From: an uncultured virus (IMG/VR IMGVR_UViG_3300028586_000021)
Taxonomy: Duplodnaviria > Heunggongvirae > Uroviricota > Caudoviricetes
IMG/VR virus record: IMGVR_UViG_3300028586_000021
Span: 1-64,000 of that record
Reading direction: 5' to 3' (one strand)
Length of the DNA: 64,000 bases
Of this stretch, positions 1 through 9,180 are shown one piece after another. Both the position numbers and the translations under genes were made by a program. The first letter of the stretch is position 1. Each line of letters opens with the position of its first letter. Below the pieces are notes generated by a model that saw only the letters and a program-made list of their open reading frames with translations, had not been told where the DNA came from and did not search any database.

Positions 1-14
1 TACTTTACACACCT

Positions 15-938
15 ATGTCTAAGATCAAACAATTGTGGGTGCGCAAGCACGCTCCTAAATCGCTGTCCGAAGTCGTCTTCCAAAACGAAACTCAAAAGCG
101 CAAGTTCATGAAGTACCTAAGCGATGGTGAGTTCCCGCATCTGCTTTTGTCTGGTGTGCAAGGTTCGGGTAAATCGACTATCTCGAACGCGTTGGTCAAT
201 GACTTCAACATTGAAAAGATGGATGTCATGCGTATCAACGCTTCGAAAGAAAACAGCGTCGACACCATGCGTGAAAAGATTTCGAACTTCGTTCAGACCT
301 TCGCGACAAGCAAGTTCAAAGTCGTTCAGCTCGAAGAGATGGATGGCCTGTCCCATGCTGCACAAGCTGCACTGCGCGTGATCATGGAAGACTACTCGGA
401 CTATGTCCGCTTTATCGGCACCTGCAACTACGCAAACAAGATCATCCCCGCGCTGAAGTCGCGTATGACTCACTACGAGTTCAAAGCGCCTTCGTTCGAA
501 GACACCGCAGTCCTGGTCGCCACGATCCTCGTCACCGAAGGCGTCGACTTTGAACCTGAACTGCTCGAGAAGTACATTGCCGCATCGTACCCAGACATTC
601 GCGCGCTGATCAATGCGGTGCAAGACAATTCGGAAGGCGGCAAGCTGACTGAACCAGAATCGGTCAACGGCTCTGACTACAAGTTCCAAATTCTCGATAT
701 GCTGGAAGCCGGCGACATCCGAGGCATTCGCAAGCTGGTCTGCGAGAACGTTGGTCGCGAAGAGTACGAAGAAGTATACCGCTTCATGTACGAAAACATC
801 CACAAGTGCAAAGGCTTCGATGCAGACAGCAACGAAGCAGCAATCGTCCTGATCGCCGACTATCTGTACCGCCATGCGGTCATGGCTGATCCCGAGATCA
901 ACTTCGCCGCGCTGTGCTACAAACTGGTGAAGCTGTAA
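15..938 (+). CDS. gp44: Sliding-clamp loader large subunit (RFC/T4 gp44-like AAA+ ATPase)
   Basis: WVRKHAP N-terminus, Walker A GVQGSGKS, Walker B LEEMD, TCN and ALKSR motifs typical of RFC subunits. Confidence 0.92.
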   Translation: MSKIKQLWVRKHAPKSLSEVVFQNETQKRKFMKYLSDGEFPHLLLSGVQGSGKSTISNALVNDFNIEKMDVMRINASKENSVDTMREKISNFVQTFATSKFKVVQLEEMDGLSHAAQAALRVIMEDYSDYVRFIGTCNYANKIIPALKSRMTHYEFKAPSFEDTAVLVATILVTEGVDFEPELLEKYIAASYPDIRALINAVQDNSEGGKLTEPESVNGSDYKFQILDMLEAGDIRGIRKLVCENVGREEYEEVYRFMYENIHKCKGFDADSNEAAIVLIADYLYRHAVMADPEINFAALCYKLVKL

Positions 939-941
939 TCT

Positions 942-1559
942 ATGTCACGCGAACAATGCACCTATGAACGTGTACTTCGCGATGTGGCTGAACATCAACT
1001 GACTGTCATTCGTGATGATGATGTTCACCGTCATATTCGTCTCTCGCGTCCAGGCTCATCCGACTATTACTTCGACATCATCACATGGCCAGGCAATCTG
1101 ATCATCAGCGGCGATATGGGTGCATACTCATTCAATCGTCTCACTGATATGTTCGAGTTCTTCCGACATGAAGGCGGCTTCATTAATCCTGGCTATTGGG
1201 CTGAGAAGTTGACGTCGGCCGGTCGTGAAGGTTACGAAGAATTCGACGGCGATCGAACGCGTGAAGTCATCGAGCAGTATTACAATGAATGGCTCGAAGA
1301 GAATGGCCTCACCAAAGAAGAGGACATGGAAGGCAACGAAATCTGGGGTGAGATTAAGCGAGAAATCCTGGACTACATCGATGCCGGTGATGAACACCGT
1401 GCCTTGACTGGCCTCTACGACTTCAACTACGAAGACTTTGAATTCACCGACATCTTCGAGTACCGGATGAAGCGGTACACCTTCCACTACATCTGGAACT
1501 GCTACGCAATCGTGTGGGCAATCGAACAATACGACAAATACAAGAAGAACAATGGCTAA
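942..1559 (+). CDS. Hypothetical phage protein inserted between the clamp loader subunits
   Basis: 205-aa ORF tightly packed with its neighbours; acidic and aromatic-rich. Confidence 0.8.
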   Translation: MSREQCTYERVLRDVAEHQLTVIRDDDVHRHIRLSRPGSSDYYFDIITWPGNLIISGDMGAYSFNRLTDMFEFFRHEGGFINPGYWAEKLTSAGREGYEEFDGDRTREVIEQYYNEWLEENGLTKEEDMEGNEIWGEIKREILDYIDAGDEHRALTGLYDFNYEDFEFTDIFEYRMKRYTFHYIWNCYAIVWAIEQYDKYKKNNG

Positions 1560-2013
1560 AGAATTCGCACTAGACATCTTCCACTTGCTCGGCCAAATCG
1601 ACAAGAAGGACACGATGTTCTACAGCAAGCTTACCGATGAACAGCGCAAGGCATACAGTCCACTTGTGTCCATGCGTTGGATGTCTGGCACTAACGATGA
1701 ACGCCAAATCATTTACTTGAATGAGCTGGTCAATCGTTTCGTGTTCAACATCGGCGAGCACAAGGAACTGCTGTACAAACTTCAATGCGCCGCAAGCTCC
1801 GGCACTCCACGCCGCTACAATTGGATGGCCGCCAAGACTGCTGCCAATAAGAAGAACAAAGGCCTAGACATCGTCATGCAATACTGCGACTATGGCGTTC
1901 GTGAAGCAAAGTCGGTGATGCCGCTTCTCGGCAGCGAAGACATCCTCGCGATGGCTGAAGAGCTTGGTTTCCAAAAAGAAGAACTGGCTAAGCTCAAGAA
2001 GGATTTGAAGTAA
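1552..2013 (+). CDS. gp62: Clamp loader small subunit (T4 gp62-like)
   Basis: Size, position near gp44, YSPLVSMRWMS...NELVN...YNW pattern like gp62-family proteins. Confidence 0.65.
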   Translation: MAKEFALDIFHLLGQIDKKDTMFYSKLTDEQRKAYSPLVSMRWMSGTNDERQIIYLNELVNRFVFNIGEHKELLYKLQCAASSGTPRRYNWMAAKTAANKKNKGLDIVMQYCDYGVREAKSVMPLLGSEDILAMAEELGFQKEELAKLKKDLK

Positions 2014-2408
2014 TGGTCAAGAAATATCGCCCTCCAAAGCGTAAGGTCGTCACTCCACCGTTGGATGAAACCCAATGGCAGTTCAAAAAGGGCATTGCTG
2101 CGATCCAAACTGCAATCGGCGCTCTTCAGCAACAGCTTGACACTGAACTCGAGAAGTGTCCTCATGCAATCGCGTATGAGGTCGAATACTCCGCTTGGTG
2201 TGAGATTTGCGGTGAAGATTTCGGATGGCACTGTCCAGTAAGTCCAGATCACGCTTGCCATTACTACTCGGAACGAAGTGCGCCCGGCATGGAGCCAATC
2301 GTCAAACTCAACAATGGCGGCATTGCTTACCTATCATCCGACTACGAAGGTGATTGGGAGACTGACGACTGCTGCATCTTCTGTCACCAGCCAAACGAAA
2401 GAAAATAA
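2013..2408 (+). CDS. Cys/His-rich hypothetical protein (putative Zn-binding)
   Basis: CPH, CEIC, CPVSPDHAC, CIFC motifs; TAATG overlap with upstream gene. Confidence 0.75.
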   Translation: MVKKYRPPKRKVVTPPLDETQWQFKKGIAAIQTAIGALQQQLDTELEKCPHAIAYEVEYSAWCEICGEDFGWHCPVSPDHACHYYSERSAPGMEPIVKLNNGGIAYLSSDYEGDWETDDCCIFCHQPNERK

Positions 2409-2411
2409 TCC

Positions 2412-3080
2412 ATGGCATATGAATGCAAGTTCTGTTTGAAGAACTTCGTACGCGAAGGCTCCTTCATGAAACACCGTTGCGCCGAGATGAAGCGTGCGGA
2501 AGACATCGGTACCACGTCCGGCCAAGCAGCTTATGCTGCCTATGCATCTTGGATGCGGGCAATGAACCGTAAGGTCCCACCAATCGAAACGTTCTCGACT
2601 TCGCGGTACTTCAACACGATGGTCAAATTTGTTGAATGGTGCTGGAAGGTTAAGCTACCATCAATGGAGAACTTCATCAAGCTGATGGTGTCGAGGAACT
2701 TGTCGCCTATGCTGTGGTGCCGCGATGAATGCTACTCGCTGTATCTGGAATGGATCGACCGAACGTCCGACCCGCTGGACCAAGCAGCCATCACTATCGA
2801 TACGCTTTACAAGATGGCCGATGCTGCTGAGATGACGGTTGGTGACGTGTTTGGCCTGATTACTCACAGGGAAGTGATGCAGCTCATCAGGCAACGTTTG
2901 TTGAGCCCATGGCTATTGCTTTGCTCCAGACGATTCAAAACGTTCCTGACGGCGCTAGAGCCACTCGACAAAGACGAATTGATGTCATTGATCAACTACA
3001 GCTATTGGGCTGAGAAGTTCGATGCCAATCCAAAGATCGTCGAACAAATGAAACTACTGGCCGGAGAGATGGGCATATGA
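2412..3080 (+). CDS. Hypothetical protein with N-terminal zinc finger
   Basis: YECKFCLKNF...FMKHRC (C2HC-type finger). Confidence 0.8.
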   Translation: MAYECKFCLKNFVREGSFMKHRCAEMKRAEDIGTTSGQAAYAAYASWMRAMNRKVPPIETFSTSRYFNTMVKFVEWCWKVKLPSMENFIKLMVSRNLSPMLWCRDECYSLYLEWIDRTSDPLDQAAITIDTLYKMADAAEMTVGDVFGLITHREVMQLIRQRLLSPWLLLCSRRFKTFLTALEPLDKDELMSLINYSYWAEKFDANPKIVEQMKLLAGEMGI

Positions 3081-3412
3081 TTGAAATATCGCAAGACACG
3101 ATCGATGACGTACATGAAGTGCTTGGTGTGCTAAGCGATGGCATTGCTGGTGATTTGGAAGTTCAAGACACCATTGCAAAGGTACGTGAAAGCTTGCCCC
3201 AGCCGTCATGGTTCTCAACAGATGATGAGCCGCGCAAAGGTGAGCGATCGGCACACCAAATTGCGTATAGCATTTTGCAAGATCATTTGATCAGTGAGGA
3301 CGAATGCAACAGCGTCGACTTCGAAGTGATCTATGGTCGCAAGACGTTGATGGAACTACTAGAGGAAATCGAAAGGCGCGTCAGCAGCTATGAAGTACTA
3401 CCATGGCAGTAA
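3077..3412 (+). CDS. Hypothetical protein
   Basis: ATGA overlap with upstream gene; 111 aa. Confidence 0.7.
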   Translation: MIEISQDTIDDVHEVLGVLSDGIAGDLEVQDTIAKVRESLPQPSWFSTDDEPRKGERSAHQIAYSILQDHLISEDECNSVDFEVIYGRKTLMELLEEIERRVSSYEVLPWQ

Positions 3413-3788
3413 TGCCGATTACGATTTCCCATCGATTGAAGTCATACAGTCAGCAACAGAAGATAGTGATGTAGCAGCAAAAGCGGTGGTTGGCTATTAC
3501 GTTACTCCAATGCGCGACTTTGCCGAGCGCATTGGAAAGTACGTATACGAAATAGTGCTCAAAGAAGATGCAGTTGTAGAGGACCTTACTCTGTCGAACA
3601 TGGTCTCAATCTATGAACGAGAAAATGCTCTGTTGGAGTGGGATGATCAAGCCAAGAATTATAAAAAGCTTCGACTTGAATACCTGGCAAAAGGCGTTGA
3701 TATGGTAAGCATCATCGAACATAATGGCACTTCCGGAGAAAGCTTTATCGTCAACCTCGACGCAATCGCCACCTTTACAAAACTATGA
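3390..3788 (+). CDS. Hypothetical protein, possible ADP-ribosyltransferase-like fold
   Basis: N-terminal YHGS, GYYVT, A..IG and late E-x-hydrophobic strand reminiscent of H-Y-E ART domains; the function call is tentative. Confidence 0.55.
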   Translation: MKYYHGSNADYDFPSIEVIQSATEDSDVAAKAVVGYYVTPMRDFAERIGKYVYEIVLKEDAVVEDLTLSNMVSIYERENALLEWDDQAKNYKKLRLEYLAKGVDMVSIIEHNGTSGESFIVNLDAIATFTKL

Positions 3789-4432
3789 TGATTGAACAAC
3801 TACTTGATGCTCTGCCAAATGGCTCAACCTTGTATCCGTACGGGTCCCGAGTCTACGGTACAACAACAGAAAACTCCGATCACGATTTTCAAATCATCCT
3901 CGCAGATAAAGACTTTAAGCGAGAAGATTGGCGCAATGAACTTGCCGCAACTGGGCTTGATCTTCATGTGTGGAGCCATTCACAATGGGTGGATGCTTTG
4001 AACGATCATCGAGTGTATGCGTTGGAATGCTTTTACCTTCCTAAGGATAAGCAAATCAATAATTCGCTACACCTAGTCCATAAAATGAACACTATGAAAT
4101 TCGGCTTCACTCTCAACAAAGCAAAGCTTCGTGAGGAGTTCTCGCGCGTGGCCTCGAACTCTTGGGTGAAGGCAAAGAAGAAGCTGATAGTTGAAGCAGA
4201 CTACAACGAACGCATCGCTAAGAAGAGCATCTTCCATTCATTCCGCATCCTGGATTTCGGCGTGCAAATTGCTACTAAAGGCCGCATCGTGGATTACAAT
4301 TCAATGAATGGTATCTACTATGAAATCATGAGTCTTCCTGCTGATTGGGAGACGATTGACGCAACACTAAGAGGACGACACAATGCTCTAGCGTCAGAGT
4401 TTCGAAATGTGTGTCCCAAGGAAAAGATATGA
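3785..4432 (+). CDS. Pol-beta superfamily nucleotidyltransferase
   Basis: YGSRVYGTTTENSDHDF (hGS...DxD) plus DLH third acidic site. Confidence 0.85.
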   Translation: MMIEQLLDALPNGSTLYPYGSRVYGTTTENSDHDFQIILADKDFKREDWRNELAATGLDLHVWSHSQWVDALNDHRVYALECFYLPKDKQINNSLHLVHKMNTMKFGFTLNKAKLREEFSRVASNSWVKAKKKLIVEADYNERIAKKSIFHSFRILDFGVQIATKGRIVDYNSMNGIYYEIMSLPADWETIDATLRGRHNALASEFRNVCPKEKI

Positions 4433-4638
4433 GATGGGATAACTACCAAACTCGCTTCGCTAAAAGACTTGCTAAGGTGAATTTCTGGCATTTGTATTTT
4501 GCTTGTTATCCAATTGAAATCAGTGGCCGGATATACTGGTTGGAAAAGATTTGGCGCAAAGGTCGCGAAGATCGATTCCGAAATGAAATCAACTACGATT
4601 ACCGCGCATTGGAGGATGATCCATATGCCAAAGTTTAA
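4429..4638 (+). CDS. Small hypothetical protein
   Basis: ATG at 4429 overlaps the upstream TGA (ATGA). Confidence 0.55.
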   Translation: MRWDNYQTRFAKRLAKVNFWHLYFACYPIEISGRIYWLEKIWRKGREDRFRNEINYDYRALEDDPYAKV

Positions 4639-4948
4639 TCCAGTTGGTGCGGTCGATCCATACCAGAATACGTACAAACCTTTGTGGGCAGTGTATGGCA
4701 TCGCTGCCTCGTATCCTCAAATGCGCGCACTGTGTCTGAACGAAATCAATGGCACTGTCAATGTTTGGGGTTACAGCGTTTACCAACGCAAGCCCGGTTA
4801 TCGCACCGATGGCATTGCTCTGTGTGTTTGGATTGAACGAAATCGAGGCAAGGACTTTGAACCAACGTTCTTTGACTCTTTGCCTAACGCATTAGACTAT
4901 ATGCGACAGCTGATGGAACCGAAATGCGAGCCGCTTAAGCAACGTTGA
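4625..4948 (+). CDS. Hypothetical protein
   Basis: GGAGG RBS at 4611-4615 before ATG 4625. Confidence 0.65.
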   Translation: MPKFNPVGAVDPYQNTYKPLWAVYGIAASYPQMRALCLNEINGTVNVWGYSVYQRKPGYRTDGIALCVWIERNRGKDFEPTFFDSLPNALDYMRQLMEPKCEPLKQR

Positions 4949-4964
4949 TTTTTCACACGTGGGG

Positions 4965-4972
4965 TATAAATA
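4965..4972 (+). promoter_or_regulatory. T4-type late promoter TATAAATA
   Basis: Exact T4 late consensus in an intergenic gap; a gp55 homolog is encoded in the window. Confidence 0.6.
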
Positions 4973-5022
4973 TCTATGATCGTTTTGATCAATACAATTT
5001 ATCCCACTCATTGGAGGTTATC

Positions 5023-5178
5023 ATGTCTGCTGGTAAAAAAGAACATCGCCTAGAATCCAACATCGAGCAGTTGAACGAAATCATCAACACGCTCGTGGAA
5101 GAAAACCACATGCTTAAGGTATTGCTACAGCAGTACCAAGGAACAACCTCCAATGGTCAAAAACGAAAAAAGAACTAA
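5023..5178 (+). CDS. Small coiled-coil hypothetical protein
   Basis: GGAGG RBS before ATG 5023; heptad pattern. Confidence 0.6.
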   Translation: MSAGKKEHRLESNIEQLNEIINTLVEENHMLKVLLQQYQGTTSNGQKRKKN

Positions 5179-5202
5179 TCATCTTTCACAGGAGAGATTG
5201 AC

Positions 5203-5781
5203 ATAGATATCGATATTGACTTGCGATCGGATACGCCGATCGCTAAGATTTTCTCTCACTGGCCTCTTGCAATGCAGGTCGTCAATAACCGAGCTATGAA
5301 ACACCCTTGCGGAATCTACCCGCAAGCGATCCCAACCGATCCGTTAACCGGCTTTGCAGCTATCCCTCACCGAGAAGCTGCAACGCTGGGTTACTTCAAG
5401 ATCGACATGCTTCATAACTCTGTCTACAACCACTTCGAGTCCAAAGCTGAAATCGACGCTCTACTCGAACTCGACCCACCTTGGGAACTCCTCCGCTCCG
5501 CTTCAATCGTCAAGCAACTGTTTCAAATCTCTAAGCACTTCGACCTCATCAAACAACTCCAGCCAAAATCAGTCAGTGACCTTGCTGATGCGATTGCGTT
5601 GATCCGTCCCGGTAAACGCCACATGGTTGAGAAGTATTTGACCCATAAGGAACAAGTTCGAGCGCTGCTTTACGATTACACCGCTGAGGACTATTCGTTT
5701 AAGAAAGGCCACGCGATCGCCTACGCCCAAGTCATTGTTCTTCAGCTTCACCTAATTTCATTAGGCGTGGACATCGAATAA
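5203..5781 (+). CDS. dnaE: Miniature DNA polymerase III alpha (DnaE)-like protein, palm/fingers remnant only; probable ATA start
   Basis: DIDIDL, HPCGIY, YFKIDML, LIRPG, YSFKKGHAIAY match DnaE motifs; the DIDID motif lies upstream of the TTG in the ORF track; AGGAG RBS at 5190-5194. Confidence 0.75.
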   Translation: MDIDIDLRSDTPIAKIFSHWPLAMQVVNNRAMKHPCGIYPQAIPTDPLTGFAAIPHREAATLGYFKIDMLHNSVYNHFESKAEIDALLELDPPWELLRSASIVKQLFQISKHFDLIKQLQPKSVSDLADAIALIRPGKRHMVEKYLTHKEQVRALLYDYTAEDYSFKKGHAIAYAQVIVLQLHLISLGVDIE

Positions 5782-5805
5782 CACCATACCAAAAAAAAGA
5801 ATAAT

Positions 5806-6828
5806 ATGGAACACGAAAGAAAAGATTTGCAGGGTCGCACGACTCTGTTCAAGACCATGTTCGGGTCCCGCCTCTACGGCACGAACACTCCGCAATCGGA
5901 CATCGACTGGAAGGAAATCTTCCTTCCAAAGAAGAGCATGCTCCTCACTGGCCGTCAAGTGCGTAACGTCGTCATCACTACTGGTGGTGACAAGACTCGC
6001 AACACCAAAGACGATGTCGATCAAGAATTCATCCCAATCCAAATCTTCGCCAAAGACTTCATCGGCGGTCAAACCTATGCCGTCGAACTTGCCTTTGCTG
6101 TTCTAGCCGAGGAGCACTCAGCAGGCCAGGAAGTGTATGACCTACAGTTCTTGGATTTCGTTCACGAGTTGTCTGAGAAGTTCCTGACTTCGAACATCAA
6201 AGCGATGATCGGCTATGCAATGAACCAAGCACAAATCTACGGCATCAAAGGTACGCGTCTGGCCTCCGTCCGTAAGTTCACTGATAAGCTTCGCGAAGAA
6301 GTCGCTATGGGCCACTATCGCCTTGACGACAAACTCGACGTGATCGATCCGTGGTTGATCGGCAACGAAGACAAGTACTTGTTCAAGACTACGTACGAGA
6401 ACATGGACAAGAAGCATCCTGGCGTTAGTGTGCTAGAGAAGGTGTACCCATATTCGATCACGATCGAAGAAGCGATCCAACGCACTGAAGTCCTCATGAG
6501 CAAGTATGGTTCACGCGCTGCTGAAGCTGAGGCTGCAAATGGCATGGATTGGAAGGCAACGAGTCACGCCATCCGCATCACTCAACAAGCAATCAAACTG
6601 CTACGTGAGCATCGTCTTCAGTTCCCATTCCCTAAAGAGAATGTCGAACAACTGCTATCCATCAAGCGAGGCGAACGCAGTGTTGATGAAGTGAAAACGT
6701 TGCTTGAGTCGTTGATGGACGAACTTGATCAAGTCAAAGACACTACAACCCTACCTTCGCGTGATGTGAAGATGGAGCAAGAGTTCGATGAATGGCTCGA
6801 AGAATGGATGCAACGCTTCTACGCGTAA
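5806..6828 (+). CDS. Pol-beta superfamily nucleotidyltransferase (phage type)
   Basis: FGSRLYGTNTPQSDIDWKEIF; C-terminal DWKATSHAIR...LLSIKRGE helical region. Confidence 0.85.
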   Translation: MEHERKDLQGRTTLFKTMFGSRLYGTNTPQSDIDWKEIFLPKKSMLLTGRQVRNVVITTGGDKTRNTKDDVDQEFIPIQIFAKDFIGGQTYAVELAFAVLAEEHSAGQEVYDLQFLDFVHELSEKFLTSNIKAMIGYAMNQAQIYGIKGTRLASVRKFTDKLREEVAMGHYRLDDKLDVIDPWLIGNEDKYLFKTTYENMDKKHPGVSVLEKVYPYSITIEEAIQRTEVLMSKYGSRAAEAEAANGMDWKATSHAIRITQQAIKLLREHRLQFPFPKENVEQLLSIKRGERSVDEVKTLLESLMDELDQVKDTTTLPSRDVKMEQEFDEWLEEWMQRFYA

Positions 6829-6860
6829 TCTGTATCTTTTAAGTCACAGCAAAATAGTTG

Positions 6861-6890
6861 TTTACACATGAAACCTTCTTGAGTTATAGT
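6861..6890 (+). promoter_or_regulatory. Sigma70-like early promoter
   Basis: TTTACA-N18-TATAGT upstream of the lipoprotein gene. Confidence 0.5.
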
Positions 6891-6925
6891 TGCAACATCA
6901 GCTAAAACTTAATGGAGGTTTCAAA

Positions 6926-8140
6926 ATGTGGATGTCCCGTACCCGTCGTACCGCTGCCTTCATGGTGGCAGCAATTCTCCTCTCCGCATGTGGCGGTGGC
7001 GGTGGTGATTCCAATCCGGCTCCGGTTTCGAATGCGCCGCCTATTGCGGTTGTGCCGGAACCAGTGAAGAAGGACCCGATTCCAGTCCTGAAATCCTCCT
7101 TCGAAAACAAAGCAGTTGCCGGCAAAGCACTCGGTTCGGTGAACATGCCAGCTGAAGTGAACCTGTCGAATACGGTAGCGTTTGCCGACTTCTTCCAGGA
7201 CGGTACGTACTCGATGGTCACGCATTCGCTGATCTACAATCGCGACGACCCTAAGACCGCTGGCATGATCGGCGCCGTCCGTTTCTACAAGAACGTCAAT
7301 GGCGCCTGGGTCGACAATACATCGAAGCTCCTTTCCGATACTGCCGGATGCATCCATCCGCGTAAAGCGGTGGTGGCAGATTTCAATGGCGACAGCAAGC
7401 CTGATGTGTTCATCGCATGCCATGGCTTCGATGCGCCACCATACGTCGGCGAGAAGCAGCATATGCTCCTGAGCCAGAGCGATGGTACCTACAAAAACAC
7501 GACTGTTCCGTTTACATGCTACTGCCACGGCGCTTCCGCTGCCGACGTGAACGGAGACAACTTCGCTGACATCCTCGTCACCGACAATCAAGCCAATGAA
7601 ACGGTACCATTCTTCTTGATGAACGACAAGAATGGCGGGTTCGTCAAGGACTTCAGTCGTCTGCCATTCCAGCCAAAGGTGTGGAGCAGCCCGAACATCA
7701 CCTACACAATGAATGTTTCGTTCACTGCTGAACTGATTGACTTCGACAGCAAAGGCCACTACGATGCATTCCTTGCCGGCACCGAAGCTCCTGATGACGA
7801 GGCAGGCATCCCGCCAACCATCTTTAAGAATGATGGCAAAGGTGATTTCAAGAACAAAGAGACAATCATCACGTTCGGCACCAACGCAAAATACTCGACG
7901 ACACTCGACATCGCTTATGCCTGGCCATATGTCTATCTGAACCGTGTCGAAACTAAAGGCGGCTTGTATGGCTTCAGCGCCATCGAGAAGATCGACCTTC
8001 GTGATCATAAAGTGGCCAATACGATCTATACCAACTCGAACAACTTCGCGAACGGTTCGACCTGGCTGAACTGGATCATGTTGTACCAGGACAAGGTCGT
8101 TAGTCAGAACGCAGTGTTCAACGTGTCGGTCAAACAATAG
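6926..8140 (+). CDS. FG-GAP/VCBS-repeat lipoprotein
   Basis: GGAGG RBS at 6914; basic N-terminus, hydrophobic helix and lipobox LSAC-GGGGG; ADFNGDSKPDVF, ADVNGDNFADIL, DFDSKGHYDAF repeats. Confidence 0.85.
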   Translation: MWMSRTRRTAAFMVAAILLSACGGGGGDSNPAPVSNAPPIAVVPEPVKKDPIPVLKSSFENKAVAGKALGSVNMPAEVNLSNTVAFADFFQDGTYSMVTHSLIYNRDDPKTAGMIGAVRFYKNVNGAWVDNTSKLLSDTAGCIHPRKAVVADFNGDSKPDVFIACHGFDAPPYVGEKQHMLLSQSDGTYKNTTVPFTCYCHGASAADVNGDNFADILVTDNQANETVPFFLMNDKNGGFVKDFSRLPFQPKVWSSPNITYTMNVSFTAELIDFDSKGHYDAFLAGTEAPDDEAGIPPTIFKNDGKGDFKNKETIITFGTNAKYSTTLDIAYAWPYVYLNRVETKGGLYGFSAIEKIDLRDHKVANTIYTNSNNFANGSTWLNWIMLYQDKVVSQNAVFNVSVKQ

Positions 8141-8156
8141 ACGATCACACCAAAGC

Positions 8157-8184
8157 AAAAAGGGAGCCATTGGCTCCCTTTTTT
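8157..8184. terminator. Bidirectional intrinsic terminator
   Basis: AGGGAGCCA-T-TGGCTCCCT stem with A and T tracts between convergent genes. Confidence 0.8.
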
Positions 8185-8324
8185 GTCGTCTGCAACTCCT
8201 ATTGGGCATTTCAATTTGATGTCCCTGGCGGCGTCCTGATCATTCTCAATAGATAAATGGATCGGACTTACCGTTGCGCTTCTTCTTGAGTAGACTCTTC
8301 TTCTTCCACGACAGAAGTAAATCT

Positions 8325-9179
8325 TTAAAGAACTTCAACATTTAGTTTTTCCTTTACGAAATTATGGAGTGTCTTACCCCATGAATAGTGTGCATCTTCT
8401 AGCGGATGAAGGCCTGTTCCTTGTTTAAAACCATGATCGATCGAATGTGAGTAGAATGAAATACGGGAGAAGAAATCGATAAACGTTTTATAATCCTCTA
8501 CCCTACCTTGATACCATTCATTAAAGAACCAACGATCGTTCATCACCATCTCATATAAGTCTTTGAGTTGATCGTTATCCTGAATTTTCTTAATATCCGA
8601 TTCTTCAAAAGAATGTTCTAGGTGATTCGACAATCCATAGCTGAAGACATAGTCCACTCCAACCGATTCGAGATAATTCTTCAGGTGAAGAATGCCCATC
8701 AAATGCGAAGTCATGCAATGAAGCAAATCAGTACTCGCCCATTCAGCATGAAGCTTAGCCAAACGAACAAATCCTGATGGTAGCGTAGTATGCTTGATGT
8801 GGCCTGGTATAAACTGCGCATATCGATCGTACATCATATATTCAAATCGATCGACGGTAGTCCATCCAACCACAACCAGAATTTCCTCTGGCTTGTGCGT
8901 CTTAAGCAAATTATTTACACCAAGAATCGTTGTTCTGACGATTCTCGAATTACTACCACCGCCTTCGGCGTCATTCACAATATTAGGTATTCCCAATAAT
9001 TCCTTAGCGATAAAGGAATAATTGTGAGTCATCATATGCTCAATATGCTCAGGTGAAGGCACATTGAATGTACGAGAGATGTTTGGTGAAAACTTACTCT
9101 CGTCATAGTTGAATTTCTTATTGCCAAGTTCCGACCCTTCAGTCATAGAACAGCCATTGGCGTATAACACCGAATACAT
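8325..9179 (-). CDS. SGNH/GDSL-like hydrolase or acyltransferase-like protein
   Basis: LYANGCSMTEG (GDS-like block I), GGGSNSRIVR, GWT..DRFE, C-terminal HP...H. Confidence 0.65.
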   Translation of the reverse strand: MYSVLYANGCSMTEGSELGNKKFNYDESKFSPNISRTFNVPSPEHIEHMMTHNYSFIAKELLGIPNIVNDAEGGGSNSRIVRTTILGVNNLLKTHKPEEILVVVGWTTVDRFEYMMYDRYAQFIPGHIKHTTLPSGFVRLAKLHAEWASTDLLHCMTSHLMGILHLKNYLESVGVDYVFSYGLSNHLEHSFEESDIKKIQDNDQLKDLYEMVMNDRWFFNEWYQGRVEDYKTFIDFFSRISFYSHSIDHGFKQGTGLHPLEDAHYSWGKTLHNFVKEKLNVEVL

Positions 9180-9180
9180 T

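Noticed and set aside
5023..5781. Stop-codon readthrough joining the 5023 ORF to mini-DnaE (same frame, one TAA)
   Set aside because: TAA is the dominant true stop here, and an RBS with an alternative start after the stop is the simpler explanation
6902..8209. 435-aa minus-strand ORF (also the long antisense ORFs at 117-875, 39456-40445, 40623-41495)
   Set aside because: Antisense shadows of well-supported genes with biased codon usage; no motifs or RBS
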